From a virus (lineage: Duplodnaviria > Caudoviricetes), in IMG/VR virus record IMGVR_UViG_3300037488_001994, positions 1 to 60,561 of that record: a stretch of DNA of 60,561 nucleotides. One strand, 5' to 3'. Every line of letters starts with the position of its first letter. Position 1 is the first letter of the stretch. The position numbers were made by a program, and so were the translations under genes. Below, piece after piece: positions 39,016-48,048 of this stretch. Below the pieces are notes generated by a model. The model was not told the DNA's origin and made no database searches. It saw only the letters and a program-made list of their open reading frames with translations.

Positions 39016-39228
39016 ATGACACACCCAATTATTACCCAACATTGGCCGGTGGATCATCAAACCGTAAGCCAATGCCCTGAACTGATGGGAAGAATCATAA
39101 ATATCCAGCACTTTCGCGCAAAGATGGACCCAAATTACAATCCGATGGAAGACCTCAAACGCCTGGAGAAACTGACCGGCGCCGAACTTTGGGAAGAACA
39201 AAACGAACTCATATCAAAAAATTGGTAA
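39016..39228 (+). CDS. Hypothetical early protein
   Basis: Likely start ATG 39016. Confidence 0.5.
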   Translation: MTHPIITQHWPVDHQTVSQCPELMGRIINIQHFRAKMDPNYNPMEDLKRLEKLTGAELWEEQNELISKNW

Positions 39229-39231
39229 GCC

Positions 39232-39429
39232 ATGACAACCCTATTAACATTGCACCAGGAGTTTATGAAACTCCGCTTTGAACTCTTCGCCGGTAACTCT
39301 TTCGTAGAGCAAGATGATACAGACCCACGCTGGCCCCGATATTCCCAACTCTTAGGATACTTTTATCCCTGCTACCGGACCAAAGATTGGGTAAATCCAG
39401 CCGAAGAAATTCACACAGTTTTAACCTAA
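39232..39429 (+). CDS. Hypothetical early protein
   Basis: 65-aa ORF. Confidence 0.5.
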   Translation: MTTLLTLHQEFMKLRFELFAGNSFVEQDDTDPRWPRYSQLLGYFYPCYRTKDWVNPAEEIHTVLT

Positions 39430-39494
39430 AATTATGCACAATTTTGTCAGAAAATTATATAATCCCATTCTAATTCCTTAACTTTATTACAGTT

Positions 39495-39803
39495 ATGAAA
39501 AAATTACACTTTCCCAATGGTGACATTCGCACCGGATACGAACTCCGCGACCTGGACAAAGAAACCCAGGACCGAGTTATCGCGGACCAGGGCCAATTCC
39601 TTCAAGAAACGGAGAACGATCCCGACTATCACCCCACCGAAGAAGATATTGTTGAATCCATTGAAATCAACAACTACCTCTATGACGATGATGGCGAAAT
39701 GCTTGATATCCTCTATCACACTCGCCAGCCAAACGGCGAAGTATGGAAAATCACCTTCGGAAAAAAACATACTGAAATAACCCTAACCACCTTCCAACCA
39801 TGA
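39495..39803 (+). CDS. Acidic hypothetical protein
   Basis: YELRDLDKETQDRVI..IVESIEINNYLYDDDG. Confidence 0.55.
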   Translation: MKKLHFPNGDIRTGYELRDLDKETQDRVIADQGQFLQETENDPDYHPTEEDIVESIEINNYLYDDDGEMLDILYHTRQPNGEVWKITFGKKHTEITLTTFQP

Positions 39804-40396
39804 CAACACTATTCGAAGCCGAAACCAAAAGAGTTAAGACGGAACTATACGCCTCAGAACTCCGAGCCTGGAAACCAACCCCCGAACAAATTCGCACCGC
39901 GGAAATTTATTTCGCCGCCCTCGCCTGGGAGAAAACTGTTCGCCCCATTGTCCTCAATTACCAATCTGAAATCCTGGCCAAACACCAATGGAAGAACACC
40001 GGCGAACTCGCACGCTTCCAGGAAATGAACAGAAAACACCCCAACCACCCCCCGATCCCCCTCAAAGAAGAAACCATAACAGACCCCAATCAGACCTACC
40101 GCCTTAACGAACCCGATGCACAAACCTATTACATGGAATGCGACCAGCAGGCAAAGATTCACGGCCTCAAACATAAACCCGAATGTTGCCCACTCCTCGA
40201 AGCCGAATCAATGACCAGGAACGCGCGCGACCTCATGCTTGACGCAATGGAACCCATCACCCATATCAAACGCGCCGATCTTTGGAAATCTGAACACCTG
40301 GACCAACTTACAACCCTCGCCTGCCAACTCCTGGCCCCTGCCGTTAGACCAGCCGAAGTAATTGCCAACGAACTCTATCAACCAACAACGACTTAA
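39800..40396 (+). CDS. Hypothetical protein
   Basis: 198 aa; strongly C-rich coding strand. Confidence 0.55.
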   Translation: MTTLFEAETKRVKTELYASELRAWKPTPEQIRTAEIYFAALAWEKTVRPIVLNYQSEILAKHQWKNTGELARFQEMNRKHPNHPPIPLKEETITDPNQTYRLNEPDAQTYYMECDQQAKIHGLKHKPECCPLLEAESMTRNARDLMLDAMEPITHIKRADLWKSEHLDQLTTLACQLLAPAVRPAEVIANELYQPTTT

Positions 40397-40421
40397 CGCG
40401 CTTTTTCAGTTGTAAATGATC

Positions 40422-40459
40422 GCCGGCCGGAGTTATGAACCGCGCCGGCTTTCTCTTTA
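40422..40459 (+). terminator. Intrinsic terminator of the rightward early operon
   Basis: GCCGGC-CGG / CCG-C-GCCGGC stem followed by TTTCTCTTT. Confidence 0.6.
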
Positions 40460-40492
40460 TCAACAAACTCCTTCCCATATTGTATAAATACT

Positions 40493-40571
40493 TACATTTG
40501 TTCCGTCATTATTTGGTATAAAGGTTTAGGTTGAAGGTCCGGCACTTGGGAAGGTGGCCGGACTTTCTTTT
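40493..40571 (+). ncRNA. Candidate ~65-nt small RNA (coordinates include its -7 promoter element)
   Basis: TACATTTG at 40493-40500, short unstructured segment, then an AAGGTCCGGCAC / GTGGCCGGACTTT hairpin with T tail; no sense ORF. Confidence 0.45.
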
Positions 40572-40582
40572 GGTACTCAAAT

Positions 40583-40646
40583 AGTATAATTACCTACTCT
40601 TTAGGTATAAATACCTACCGCATTATTCAGTATAAATACCTTCGCA
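40583..40646. repeat. Three direct repeats RGTATAAWTACCT
   Basis: Copies at ~40583, ~40604 and ~40629; a fourth similar copy at 40482. Confidence 0.6.
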
Positions 40647-40905
40647 CTTGCATTTCTCTGTCAATCACCCATCTGCAAAACTTTCATGCCAAAATATCAA
40701 AGCCTGCATTATCTTTACACTACTGAATATCACCCAGGTTAATCAAATCAAAGGAAGGAAGACCGCCAAAAAGAGCAAACGCCCCTAAATGTTTTATTGT
40801 CTGAAATTGTTCCCTGCATACTTATACAATACGACCGGCACCAAACATGAATAAATATTCCAGCAGTCAGAAATATCACCGGCAAAACAAAAATATCATT
40901 GCATA

Positions 40906-42003
40906 TTATACAGAAATAGCCTTAACGAATGCTTTAATGGCATTAAGAGCAGTTTCCGCGGCCAAACCGGAACCGAATAAGATACCAGGGTCTTGTGATG
41001 GATTGATAGTCTGAAATTGTTTTATTGCCTGCCGGATTCTTGTCTTATCTATACCGGTGAGAATGTTCCGGTCAAAGTTTAGAGTTTCGGGCCATTCTGT
41101 ATGATCCCGAATAGTTACACATGGAGTTTTTAACCAAAAGGATTCTTTTTGCATTCCCCCGGAATCAGTTATCACCTTCCTGGCGCCTGCCATGAGTTTT
41201 AAATTTGTCGCGTATCGTTGTGGTTGAATCAGGACAATACCAGGGGGAACCGGCAGGGAAAAATCCTTCAATCTATTTATAAGCCTGGGATGGGCCGACA
41301 AAAATACCGGATGATCTAAATGGCTTCCTATTGCGTTTAAGACGGTGAGCAAATTATCTCTATTGTCAATCGTTTCCGGCCGGTGTAATGTCATGTAATA
41401 ATACTCGCGCTTCCTTACGATGTTTTTCTGAACGCTTAACGCCTCCTCCTCCTTCCAGGTCCAAAGGTGTTTAAATCTCAATAAACTATCCAGCATCAAG
41501 TCACCGGTGAAAACACCCTTCTGCCAGGGTTGGATTGTTGCCTGATGTTGGCTGAACTTGCTTACATATAAAAGTAGGTCCGATATTGAGTCAACTACGA
41601 TACGATTGGCCTCCTCTTGCATCCTATTGTCACCTGATCGGGCGCCGGCTTCCATGTGTACGATTTTCATTCCCAACTTGCGAGCAGTCAGGGCGCCGGC
41701 CAATGTGCTGTCAGTATCACCATAGACCAGGACGATATCCGGCCGGTGTTCCTTCAACGCTTTCTCAATTCCCAGCATCATTAACGCGGTGTTCTCTATG
41801 TTGGTGCCTCCGTTCACTCCCAGGTTCCGGTTAGGCTCAGGTATGTTAAGGTCATCAATGTGTGCCTGGGATAACATATCTGAATAGTGCTGGCCCGTAT
41901 GAATAATATAGTGATCGATGGAAGGATCACCCTTGAATATGGCGCACATTTCGGCAAGTTTAACGAATTGTGGACGCGCTCCGATGATGGATGTGATTTT
42001 CAT
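40906..42003 (-). CDS. wecB: Non-hydrolysing UDP-N-acetylhexosamine 2-epimerase (WecB family, WbpI-like)
   Basis: IIGARPQFVK, HTGQHY, VYGDTDSTLAGAL, HMEAGARS, EEANR, TLHRPE, ITDSGGMQKE, TEWPET; likely start 42003. Confidence 0.9.
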   Translation of the reverse strand: MKITSIIGARPQFVKLAEMCAIFKGDPSIDHYIIHTGQHYSDMLSQAHIDDLNIPEPNRNLGVNGGTNIENTALMMLGIEKALKEHRPDIVLVYGDTDSTLAGALTARKLGMKIVHMEAGARSGDNRMQEEANRIVVDSISDLLLYVSKFSQHQATIQPWQKGVFTGDLMLDSLLRFKHLWTWKEEEALSVQKNIVRKREYYYMTLHRPETIDNRDNLLTVLNAIGSHLDHPVFLSAHPRLINRLKDFSLPVPPGIVLIQPQRYATNLKLMAGARKVITDSGGMQKESFWLKTPCVTIRDHTEWPETLNFDRNILTGIDKTRIRQAIKQFQTINPSQDPGILFGSGLAAETALNAIKAFVKAISV

Positions 42004-42421
42004 GTGATGATTGATTGGTGAATGAATGTGCAAATGTGATGGAATTGCGTGATGTGTGCGCGAATGTGCGCGGTGGTGGGTGCATGGGCATGGTCGTGAC
42101 CCCCCCCTGGGTACTGTTCCACTCCAAAGGCTTTATTCAGATTTTCCATGTTGAATCTGACTTTCTGCAATTTTTTTGGGATAAAAAAGGTGATTTTATG
42201 CGAAGGTATCAGCCGAATTTATGAGAGTCGTTTATCCAGCGATATATTCCCCATAGCCAATTTTCATATTTTCGGTAGTACCATTTACGAAATTTGGCAG
42301 AATGGATTCCCAATAGGTATGGTATAAAGTTGATTTTCATAATTTTTTTGGATCAGAAAGGTGTTGGAATGGCGAAGGTAAAGGGATGGGTTTTTAAAGT
42401 CCATCCCATCCTTCGGATTGA

Positions 42422-42553
42422 TTACAGTTTCCCAATTAGTTCGATCATTTTATTTACAATGACTTCAATTACCTCCGTTTTTTTTGCCCTAAGTAGGGGA
42501 TCGATAGCGGAGGAGAGGGTTGCAATCGCGTTAATGGTGTTTTGATTTTCCAT
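42422..42553 (-). CDS. Small hypothetical protein (43 aa, not in the ORF track)
   Basis: MENQNTINAIATLSSAIDPLL..; A-rich leader. Confidence 0.35.
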   Translation of the reverse strand: MENQNTINAIATLSSAIDPLLRAKKTEVIEVIVNKMIELIGKL

Positions 42554-42586
42554 TTTATTGAGGTATTTATAGTCACAACATTGTGA

Positions 42587-42751
42587 TTATTTTCCAATTT
42601 CTATTTTGTTATAACCGTCCATCCAAACTGTTTTAATAAGGTGATATATTTCGGCTGGGGAGTACGGTAAGGTATCCTTAACGCTTTCACATTGGTTCTT
42701 GGCGTATTTTTCTGCCAATTTCAAAATTTCCTTTTTTGATTTTGCTTTCAT
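42587..42751 (-). CDS. Small hypothetical protein (54 aa, not in the ORF track)
   Basis: MKAKSKKEILKLAEKYAK..WMDGY. Confidence 0.4.
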   Translation of the reverse strand: MKAKSKKEILKLAEKYAKNQCESVKDTLPYSPAEIYHLIKTVWMDGYNKIEIGK

Positions 42752-42757
42752 GTGGTA

Positions 42758-42991
42758 TTATTTCGGGTACAGTCGTGGTGGAATAGGTTGTGGAACGGCG
42801 CCGAAGTCATTGGCTGGATTGAAAGGTAATGGCCCCAAAACGATTTTAACGCTTTCCATTGGTTTGAAAGGGTTTGGAATGTCCTTATCGAAGTATTGGC
42901 AAGGAACGCAGTTTTTGGTTATTTCTCGTTGTTCCTGGTCGGTTATACAGTCAATGCAGACTTGTGGGAGTTGGGATAGGATTGAGTTCAT
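42758..42991 (-). CDS. Hypothetical Cys-containing protein
   Basis: CIDC..CVPC. Confidence 0.4.
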   Translation of the reverse strand: MNSILSQLPQVCIDCITDQEQREITKNCVPCQYFDKDIPNPFKPMESVKIVLGPLPFNPANDFGAVPQPIPPRLYPK

Positions 42992-43313
42992 TGTTTTGTA
43001 CGGTTAGATCGTTGTTGAAGTCTTCGATGAATGATTGAGCGTCACCGAGAGCGCGGACGATATTTCGGGCCTGGTAGTGTGTTTGACAGAGGGGTGAGAA
43101 TTTGTCGATGATGATTTGGATTTTCCGGTGGTCGGATATTTCCTTGGATTTGTAAACCATGATACCGGTTTGCTGGTATATTCTCAAAAATTCTTCCACG
43201 GAAGTATCTTCGGGGATATCTTCGATTGCGATTTTTTTCCGAGGGTGTTTTTTAATCCATTCATCGGTTTGTTTAAGGAAGTTTGGTCCGAGTTGACCGG
43301 GTTGTTTTTTCAT
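42951..43313 (-). CDS. Hypothetical protein
   Basis: 120-aa coupled ORF. Confidence 0.5.
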   Translation of the reverse strand: MKKQPGQLGPNFLKQTDEWIKKHPRKKIAIEDIPEDTSVEEFLRIYQQTGIMVYKSKEISDHRKIQIIIDKFSPLCQTHYQARNIVRALGDAQSFIEDFNNDLTVQNNELNPIPTPTSLH

Positions 43314-43567
43314 GTTTTATTTTCTTTTGCGCGTTTAAGCCGGTCGGCGATTCGTTGTTCCTTTTTCATGAGGTTGACGAGTTTATTTCCTTTGCGGAAA
43401 GCCAATCGTTCAGTTACGGCATCGCATTCACCAGGTTCAAGTTTCCCTGGGATTGATTTTACTCTACGGATTTGAAAGTCTTTGTGGAGGGTTTCTTTAC
43501 GGATCACCACTTCATCGCGGCGCCAAAAGATACCTTCTTCGGTCCAATGTCTTTGATAGAATTTCAT
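43310..43567 (-). CDS. Basic hypothetical protein
   Basis: 85-aa coupled ORF. Confidence 0.5.
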   Translation of the reverse strand: MKFYQRHWTEEGIFWRRDEVVIRKETLHKDFQIRRVKSIPGKLEPGECDAVTERLAFRKGNKLVNLMKKEQRIADRLKRAKENKT

Positions 43568-43578
43568 GGTATTTATTT

Positions 43579-43914
43579 TTAAGGTTTATATTGACCTTCG
43601 ACACCGCGTTTGATACGGTCGCTGGTTCGTTTTTCTAACCACATAAGGGCCTCCTCCATTTTGGTAATAGCGAGGGCGGTTTCCCTGGATGGGAATTTGG
43701 CATGGAGGTTTTGGCACCGGTCGATAAGCATGGCCAAAACTTCTTCATTGGTGGTGCCGTCATTGACTGTTCCCAATATCGTTGGACCGCAATTTGGATT
43801 ATTAATATCTCCTGGTATTGGCGCTTTTTCGATGAATTGGATCACTTGGCCTGGGGCCTGTTTGTTTTCGAAGTTGGCCAGTTCGTAACGATGGCCTGGA
43901 GTTAGGATTTTCAT
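43579..43914 (-). CDS. tad1: Tad1-like anti-Thoeris/anti-CBASS signal-sponge protein
   Basis: GHRY..IQF..GTTNEEVLAMLIDR..FPSRETALAITKMEEALMWLEKRTSDRIKRGVEG matches the recalled Tad1 pattern (SRENACALTHVEEALMW..R..DRIERNVLG). Confidence 0.8.
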   Translation of the reverse strand: MKILTPGHRYELANFENKQAPGQVIQFIEKAPIPGDINNPNCGPTILGTVNDGTTNEEVLAMLIDRCQNLHAKFPSRETALAITKMEEALMWLEKRTSDRIKRGVEGQYKP

Positions 43915-44183
43915 TTTTTGATAAATTGAATGAGGTAAGTTGTTTTGTCTTTGTCAACGAAGTAAACGGAATCTTTTGTGGAGAGTCCTTTGGATAGGAT
44001 TGCCATGATCTTGTCGTACTCTTTGACAAGGTTGGCACTAAAGGCTGAGTCTGCCTGGTGCTGGAGGATCAGTTCTTTTTTATCGCGCGATACTTGCATC
44101 ATTTTTTGATGAAGGAATCCAAAGGCGATTGCGAGAGCGATAGTGAGTAACACTTTTACAGAAAAGATAATTTTCTTTTTCAT
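43911..44183 (-). CDS. Membrane-anchored coiled-coil protein
   Basis: N-terminal TM helix; DSA and DSV sequons in the predicted periplasmic part. Confidence 0.5.
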   Translation of the reverse strand: MKKKIIFSVKVLLTIALAIAFGFLHQKMMQVSRDKKELILQHQADSAFSANLVKEYDKIMAILSKGLSTKDSVYFVDKDKTTYLIQFIKK

Positions 44184-44374
44184 TGCGGATTAGTTTCTAA
44201 GTATTTGAGTATCATTTTTTTAATAAACTCCTGTGAGGTTTTGAAATTATTTTGTTTCTTTTCATCCAGGGAGAAGTATGCTTCCAGCGCTTCGATCTCG
44301 CGTTCATTCATTTTGGGAATGAGTTGATCTTTGAGAATGGTTACAAGTTCTTCGGGGTCTTCGGGTAGGATCAT
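44180..44374 (-). CDS. Hypothetical protein
   Basis: 64-aa coupled ORF. Confidence 0.45.
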   Translation of the reverse strand: MILPEDPEELVTILKDQLIPKMNEREIEALEAYFSLDEKKQNNFKTSQEFIKKMILKYLETNPQ

Positions 44375-45156
44375 TGGGAAAGTCTTTCTCTTATGAATTT
44401 ATCCAGGCGGTGATCTTTGCCATTGTCGTTGTAGTTCATAACGAGTTTACCAATGGCGTCTTTTTTCAGTAACGCTAAATCCCTTGCGCGATAAACGCCG
44501 AGTTTTATGGTTTGGTCATTCTCCAGGGAAACATCGGGATTGAGCCGGACATGGTTTCCGTAAAGCGTAGCGAAGAGGATCGGTTGAGTCAACATGGAAT
44601 GCTGAGTAATATTGTAGGTCGTGAGGACTTCGGTTATCAGGGCCTTGTTGAAGTACCTTGGTAGGTGTGTTTCGTAGTTCCAGGTACCTTTGCCATTTCG
44701 TTTGAGGTAGTCCAGGGTGATACGGAATTGTTCTCTCCATGTTTTTGATGGTAGGTTCCCTGGCTTGTTCCAATAATCCAGCAGGGTATGGACATGATTG
44801 TTCGCTATTGATCGGGAAATTTCCGGCAGGGTAAATTGTCGGAGGAACACCTGATCGTCATTCATATAAACGAAGTCAGGGTTTATCTGATCTTCCTTGG
44901 CAATGGTTTCAAGTTTTGATATTGAGTCCAGCGCCTTTGCATACATGATATTTTGAACCTGGGTGTGCGGTATGTGGGTCCAATAGGGTTTGAACGGTTC
45001 CGGCCGGTCACCGACAATAAAGATTTTCCTTTCGCCCTTAAAGAATTTCTCTACCGAGCGAATGGAGGATTGAATCTCGTCATGTACCTGGCCGAATTTA
45101 ATGTAAACCCAAACGAAGTGGATTATTGGTTCGGAGTCTGATTGGGTATAACTCAT
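44371..45156 (-). CDS. Stealth-like sugar-phosphotransferase / glycosyltransferase
   Basis: FVWVY..EIQSSIRSVEKF..IFIVGDRP, FVYMNDDQVF, NYETHLP; likely start 45156. Confidence 0.6.
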   Translation of the reverse strand: MSYTQSDSEPIIHFVWVYIKFGQVHDEIQSSIRSVEKFFKGERKIFIVGDRPEPFKPYWTHIPHTQVQNIMYAKALDSISKLETIAKEDQINPDFVYMNDDQVFLRQFTLPEISRSIANNHVHTLLDYWNKPGNLPSKTWREQFRITLDYLKRNGKGTWNYETHLPRYFNKALITEVLTTYNITQHSMLTQPILFATLYGNHVRLNPDVSLENDQTIKLGVYRARDLALLKKDAIGKLVMNYNDNGKDHRLDKFIRERLSQ

Positions 45157-45463
45157 TTTTTTCAAAGTTTTCAGATTGTGGATACTTGGATGGTTCAGCG
45201 GTGATTTTTCTGAGGAGGTTTTCTTTTGCTCCATTGACAAGCCGGCGAAGTCTTTCCATTTCGGCGTTATAGATTGGATCGCATTTCTCTTCATACTTTG
45301 CAACCATCTGTTCGCAAAAATCGGTGTATGCCTGCCGGCTTTTCTCGCCATTGAACCTTATCCGGTCACCGATCCTTGTACCCATTGCGAGGCGCATTTG
45401 ATACTGATGGCGCTCTTCCGGCGTCATGTATGAATAGATTTCATTGTTCATTTCCATTCTCAA
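45098..45463 (-). CDS. Hypothetical protein
   Basis: Helical ORF in the operon; start uncertain. Confidence 0.45.
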   Translation of the reverse strand: MRMEMNNEIYSYMTPEERHQYQMRLAMGTRIGDRIRFNGEKSRQAYTDFCEQMVAKYEEKCDPIYNAEMERLRRLVNGAKENLLRKITAEPSKYPQSENFEKNELYPIRLRTNNPLRLGLH

Positions 45464-45570
45464 TTTCTTTAAGCATTACATAAAGTTCAGTTATTGCATA
45501 ATTGTAGGCATCTATGGCCTGGATGGTAGTTGCAATTTCTATCATTCCATAAAGTTTATGGATCAGTTCG

Positions 45571-46521
45571 TTAATCTTGCGTTCCATCGATCATATTTTT
45601 AAGGTGGTTGCCAATTACTTTAGAGGTATTTTTGATGTTGTGGCGCGAGGAGGCGAGTCTTAAATAGGGGTCCGCGACATGTGGATCATCCATATATTTC
45701 CTGACTGCCTGGGCGATATGTGGGGCCATATTTGGGTCAGTCATGGTACCAACCGGCACAAAGAAAGGATAGTCCTGTGTAAAATCTTCTTCCCTGGCGC
45801 GCGATCTTTCCATAATGATCGGTATTCCCATGGCGGCGGCTTCCAAAATCCTTATACAACCGGAATAATCCCATGAAACACCATGATTTCCTTCGATCAG
45901 GATATTTATTTTCTCCATTTCGGCCGGCATTTCTTTGTGAGGAACGGTTTTTATCTGAGCGTACTTTGGAATGGTGAGGCCAGGTTCAGTAATCGATCCG
46001 AGAATAACCAATTTTCCACCGGTATAAACCTTGATTTCCTTCCATATCTTGAAAAATGTACCTGGATAGGTAAGGTTTCTGATCTTTCCAATGAACGCGA
46101 AGACTATTTGCCCTGGCTGGTTACCCTTTTTGGTAAAGAATTTGCTATCAATGGTCTGAGGAATGGTAATTACCTTGCTTCTCCATGCAATTCCGTCCGG
46201 ATTGAGGTTGAATTTTGTGCCAACTCTTAACATATCGGTCCATGTATCGCTGAAAGTTGCGATCCGGTCGGCATTTCGCATCATTGTCGGGTTGTATGGG
46301 GAGGCAAACCATATCCTTTTCAATCCTTCGGCCTGCCGGAAGTAACTTTCGCTGGCCCGAATATAAGCGGCGCCGAAATCCTGGGCCATTACCCTGCCAT
46401 TATACGCAACTTTGAATCCGGCCTCCTCAATGGCCTTAACATTCATCATTTCATTGATCCGGTCACCGCTGATCGGCTCCAGGGTTTGACAAGTGCTATA
46501 TTTATAGAATATTTTGTGCAT
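45571..46521 (-). CDS. GT-B (GT4-like) glycosyltransferase
   Basis: SGDRINE, VITIPQTID, FIGKI, VPHKEMP, RILEAAAMGIPII. Confidence 0.75.
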   Translation of the reverse strand: MHKIFYKYSTCQTLEPISGDRINEMMNVKAIEEAGFKVAYNGRVMAQDFGAAYIRASESYFRQAEGLKRIWFASPYNPTMMRNADRIATFSDTWTDMLRVGTKFNLNPDGIAWRSKVITIPQTIDSKFFTKKGNQPGQIVFAFIGKIRNLTYPGTFFKIWKEIKVYTGGKLVILGSITEPGLTIPKYAQIKTVPHKEMPAEMEKINILIEGNHGVSWDYSGCIRILEAAAMGIPIIMERSRAREEDFTQDYPFFVPVGTMTDPNMAPHIAQAVRKYMDDPHVADPYLRLASSRHNIKNTSKVIGNHLKNMIDGTQD

Positions 46522-48048
46522 TTATTTAATCCTCAATCTTAATGGTAGGTTTTTGGAAATTAAATTGTGTTCTTTTTGCAATTTTAACCGAAGATCAATA
46601 TTCAGTTTCATTTTCTCAGGACTTTTTTGCCTTTCGATATGCGCGCTGGTATCCGCCTGACGGTAGAGCCATGTTTTTTGTGGAAGATAGCAGAACACAT
46701 CACCGTATCTTTCGTAAATCCGCAACCATAAATCCCAATACGCGTGATTACCAAAGGTTTCGCTACGGAAAGGTAGAAAATTTTTCAGTAATTGTGTGTT
46801 AATTAAGGCGCAATCCGATACATAATTTGCCAACAAATGTTCCTTGTAGGAATAATTTTTGAATGTCCGGCTGGAATATGCTTTTAGGTTGTGATCGGTA
46901 ATTACAAAGTCGGCATAACAGACAAGTTTATTGGTAACATAGCATTGACGGACTTCATCCCTGCATTTTGTTGGCATGGCAACATCGTTTCCGGAAGCAT
47001 AACAGAACCAGGAGCCTTTAATGAAATCACAGGCGTTGTTCAGTTGCTCATAGATACCTGGCTTGTCGGAACATATCAGGGTATGTTTGTTACCATAAAT
47101 CATGGACGGATCACCCTGTACGGTTGAAATAATAATCTGCATTTTTACACCTTCTTGTTTCTCATAGGACTCAACCGCCTGTTTGAGAATTTTCGGGTTC
47201 TCATTGTAGGTGTTTATGATAACAGTTACCAATTCATCATCGAAAGATTCCGGAACGCGAGCGATAATTTCAGCATGTTTATTCCAAAATTCAGTATTAA
47301 GCCAATCGCAAGGCGCGTTCAGCCATTTTCTGAATGTTTTCGAAACCTTTTCGGCATCCGGTGGCATTTCCTTCTCTCTTATTATTGCCTGGGCCACACT
47401 TTCGGCATCGGTCCACGGTATTGTTGTCGGGTAACCGGCATTGCATATTGACCGCCGGCCCATCATTCCGAGTTCAACCACGGTATTACTCAATCCATCG
47501 TGCGGAGTAAGCCTTAACCCAACAAAACACTTCGGGTAAACCTTGCACAAGAGTAGATTACGGGAATATGTTTTACTGTCACATTGTATAAATGGTATCC
47601 CAGGGATCAATTTCTTAACCTCCTCAACAATCAATGAACCATAAAACTCAGACCTTACATCCGGAAGGTAAACATAGACTGAATCCCCAGGGGGGCATGG
47701 TCGTAGTCCAACATAGGTATTTGGGGTTACCGGAATGGACCGATAGACAAGGCCGGCCACTTTCAAGTCCTCCTCAATGTACTTGCTGATAGCAATATGG
47801 AATATTCTCATTCTATTATCCCTTAGATACCGGCAAAAATTGGCATTGAACCGAAGATTATAGGCATCGGTTCCGGCCCATATAACCACGGCAAAACTTT
47901 GGTGTGCCTGTAACACTTTCCATTGAGTGGTGTAACACCCGAAAAATACCGCCGGAAGATCGGTCCTGGTGTATTGATTTAGTTGGTACTTGGTCCTAAA
48001 AGCATGCTGGAAGAACCTTGCTCCGACAAATGCCTGCTGGATCATCAT
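46522..48048 (-). CDS. Bifunctional glycosyltransferase (GT-B-like N-terminus plus GT2 C-terminus)
   Basis: N-terminal LRLTPHDGLSNTVVELGMMGR; C-terminal VTVIINTYNE..AVES, LNNA, ASGND, YWDLWLR, YRQ. Confidence 0.75.
   Translation of the reverse strand: MMIQQAFVGARFFQHAFRTKYQLNQYTRTDLPAVFFGCYTTQWKVLQAHQSFAVVIWAGTDAYNLRFNANFCRYLRDNRMRIFHIAISKYIEEDLKVAGLVYRSIPVTPNTYVGLRPCPPGDSVYVYLPDVRSEFYGSLIVEEVKKLIPGIPFIQCDSKTYSRNLLLCKVYPKCFVGLRLTPHDGLSNTVVELGMMGRRSICNAGYPTTIPWTDAESVAQAIIREKEMPPDAEKVSKTFRKWLNAPCDWLNTEFWNKHAEIIARVPESFDDELVTVIINTYNENPKILKQAVESYEKQEGVKMQIIISTVQGDPSMIYGNKHTLICSDKPGIYEQLNNACDFIKGSWFCYASGNDVAMPTKCRDEVRQCYVTNKLVCYADFVITDHNLKAYSSRTFKNYSYKEHLLANYVSDCALINTQLLKNFLPFRSETFGNHAYWDLWLRIYERYGDVFCYLPQKTWLYRQADTSAHIERQKSPEKMKLNIDLRLKLQKEHNLISKNLPLRLRIK

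Noticed and set aside
40583-40646. Short direct repeats considered as a mini-CRISPR
   Set aside because: Repeats (~13 bp) and spacers (~8-12 bp) are too short
42015-43007. Plus-strand ORFs at 42015, 42294 and 42699
   Set aside because: They lie opposite a run of small minus-strand genes and low-complexity DNA; no supporting motifs
44371-45351. 326-aa version of the Stealth-like ORF
   Set aside because: The N-terminal 65 aa overlap another ORF in a different frame; the start at 45156 fits the domain better
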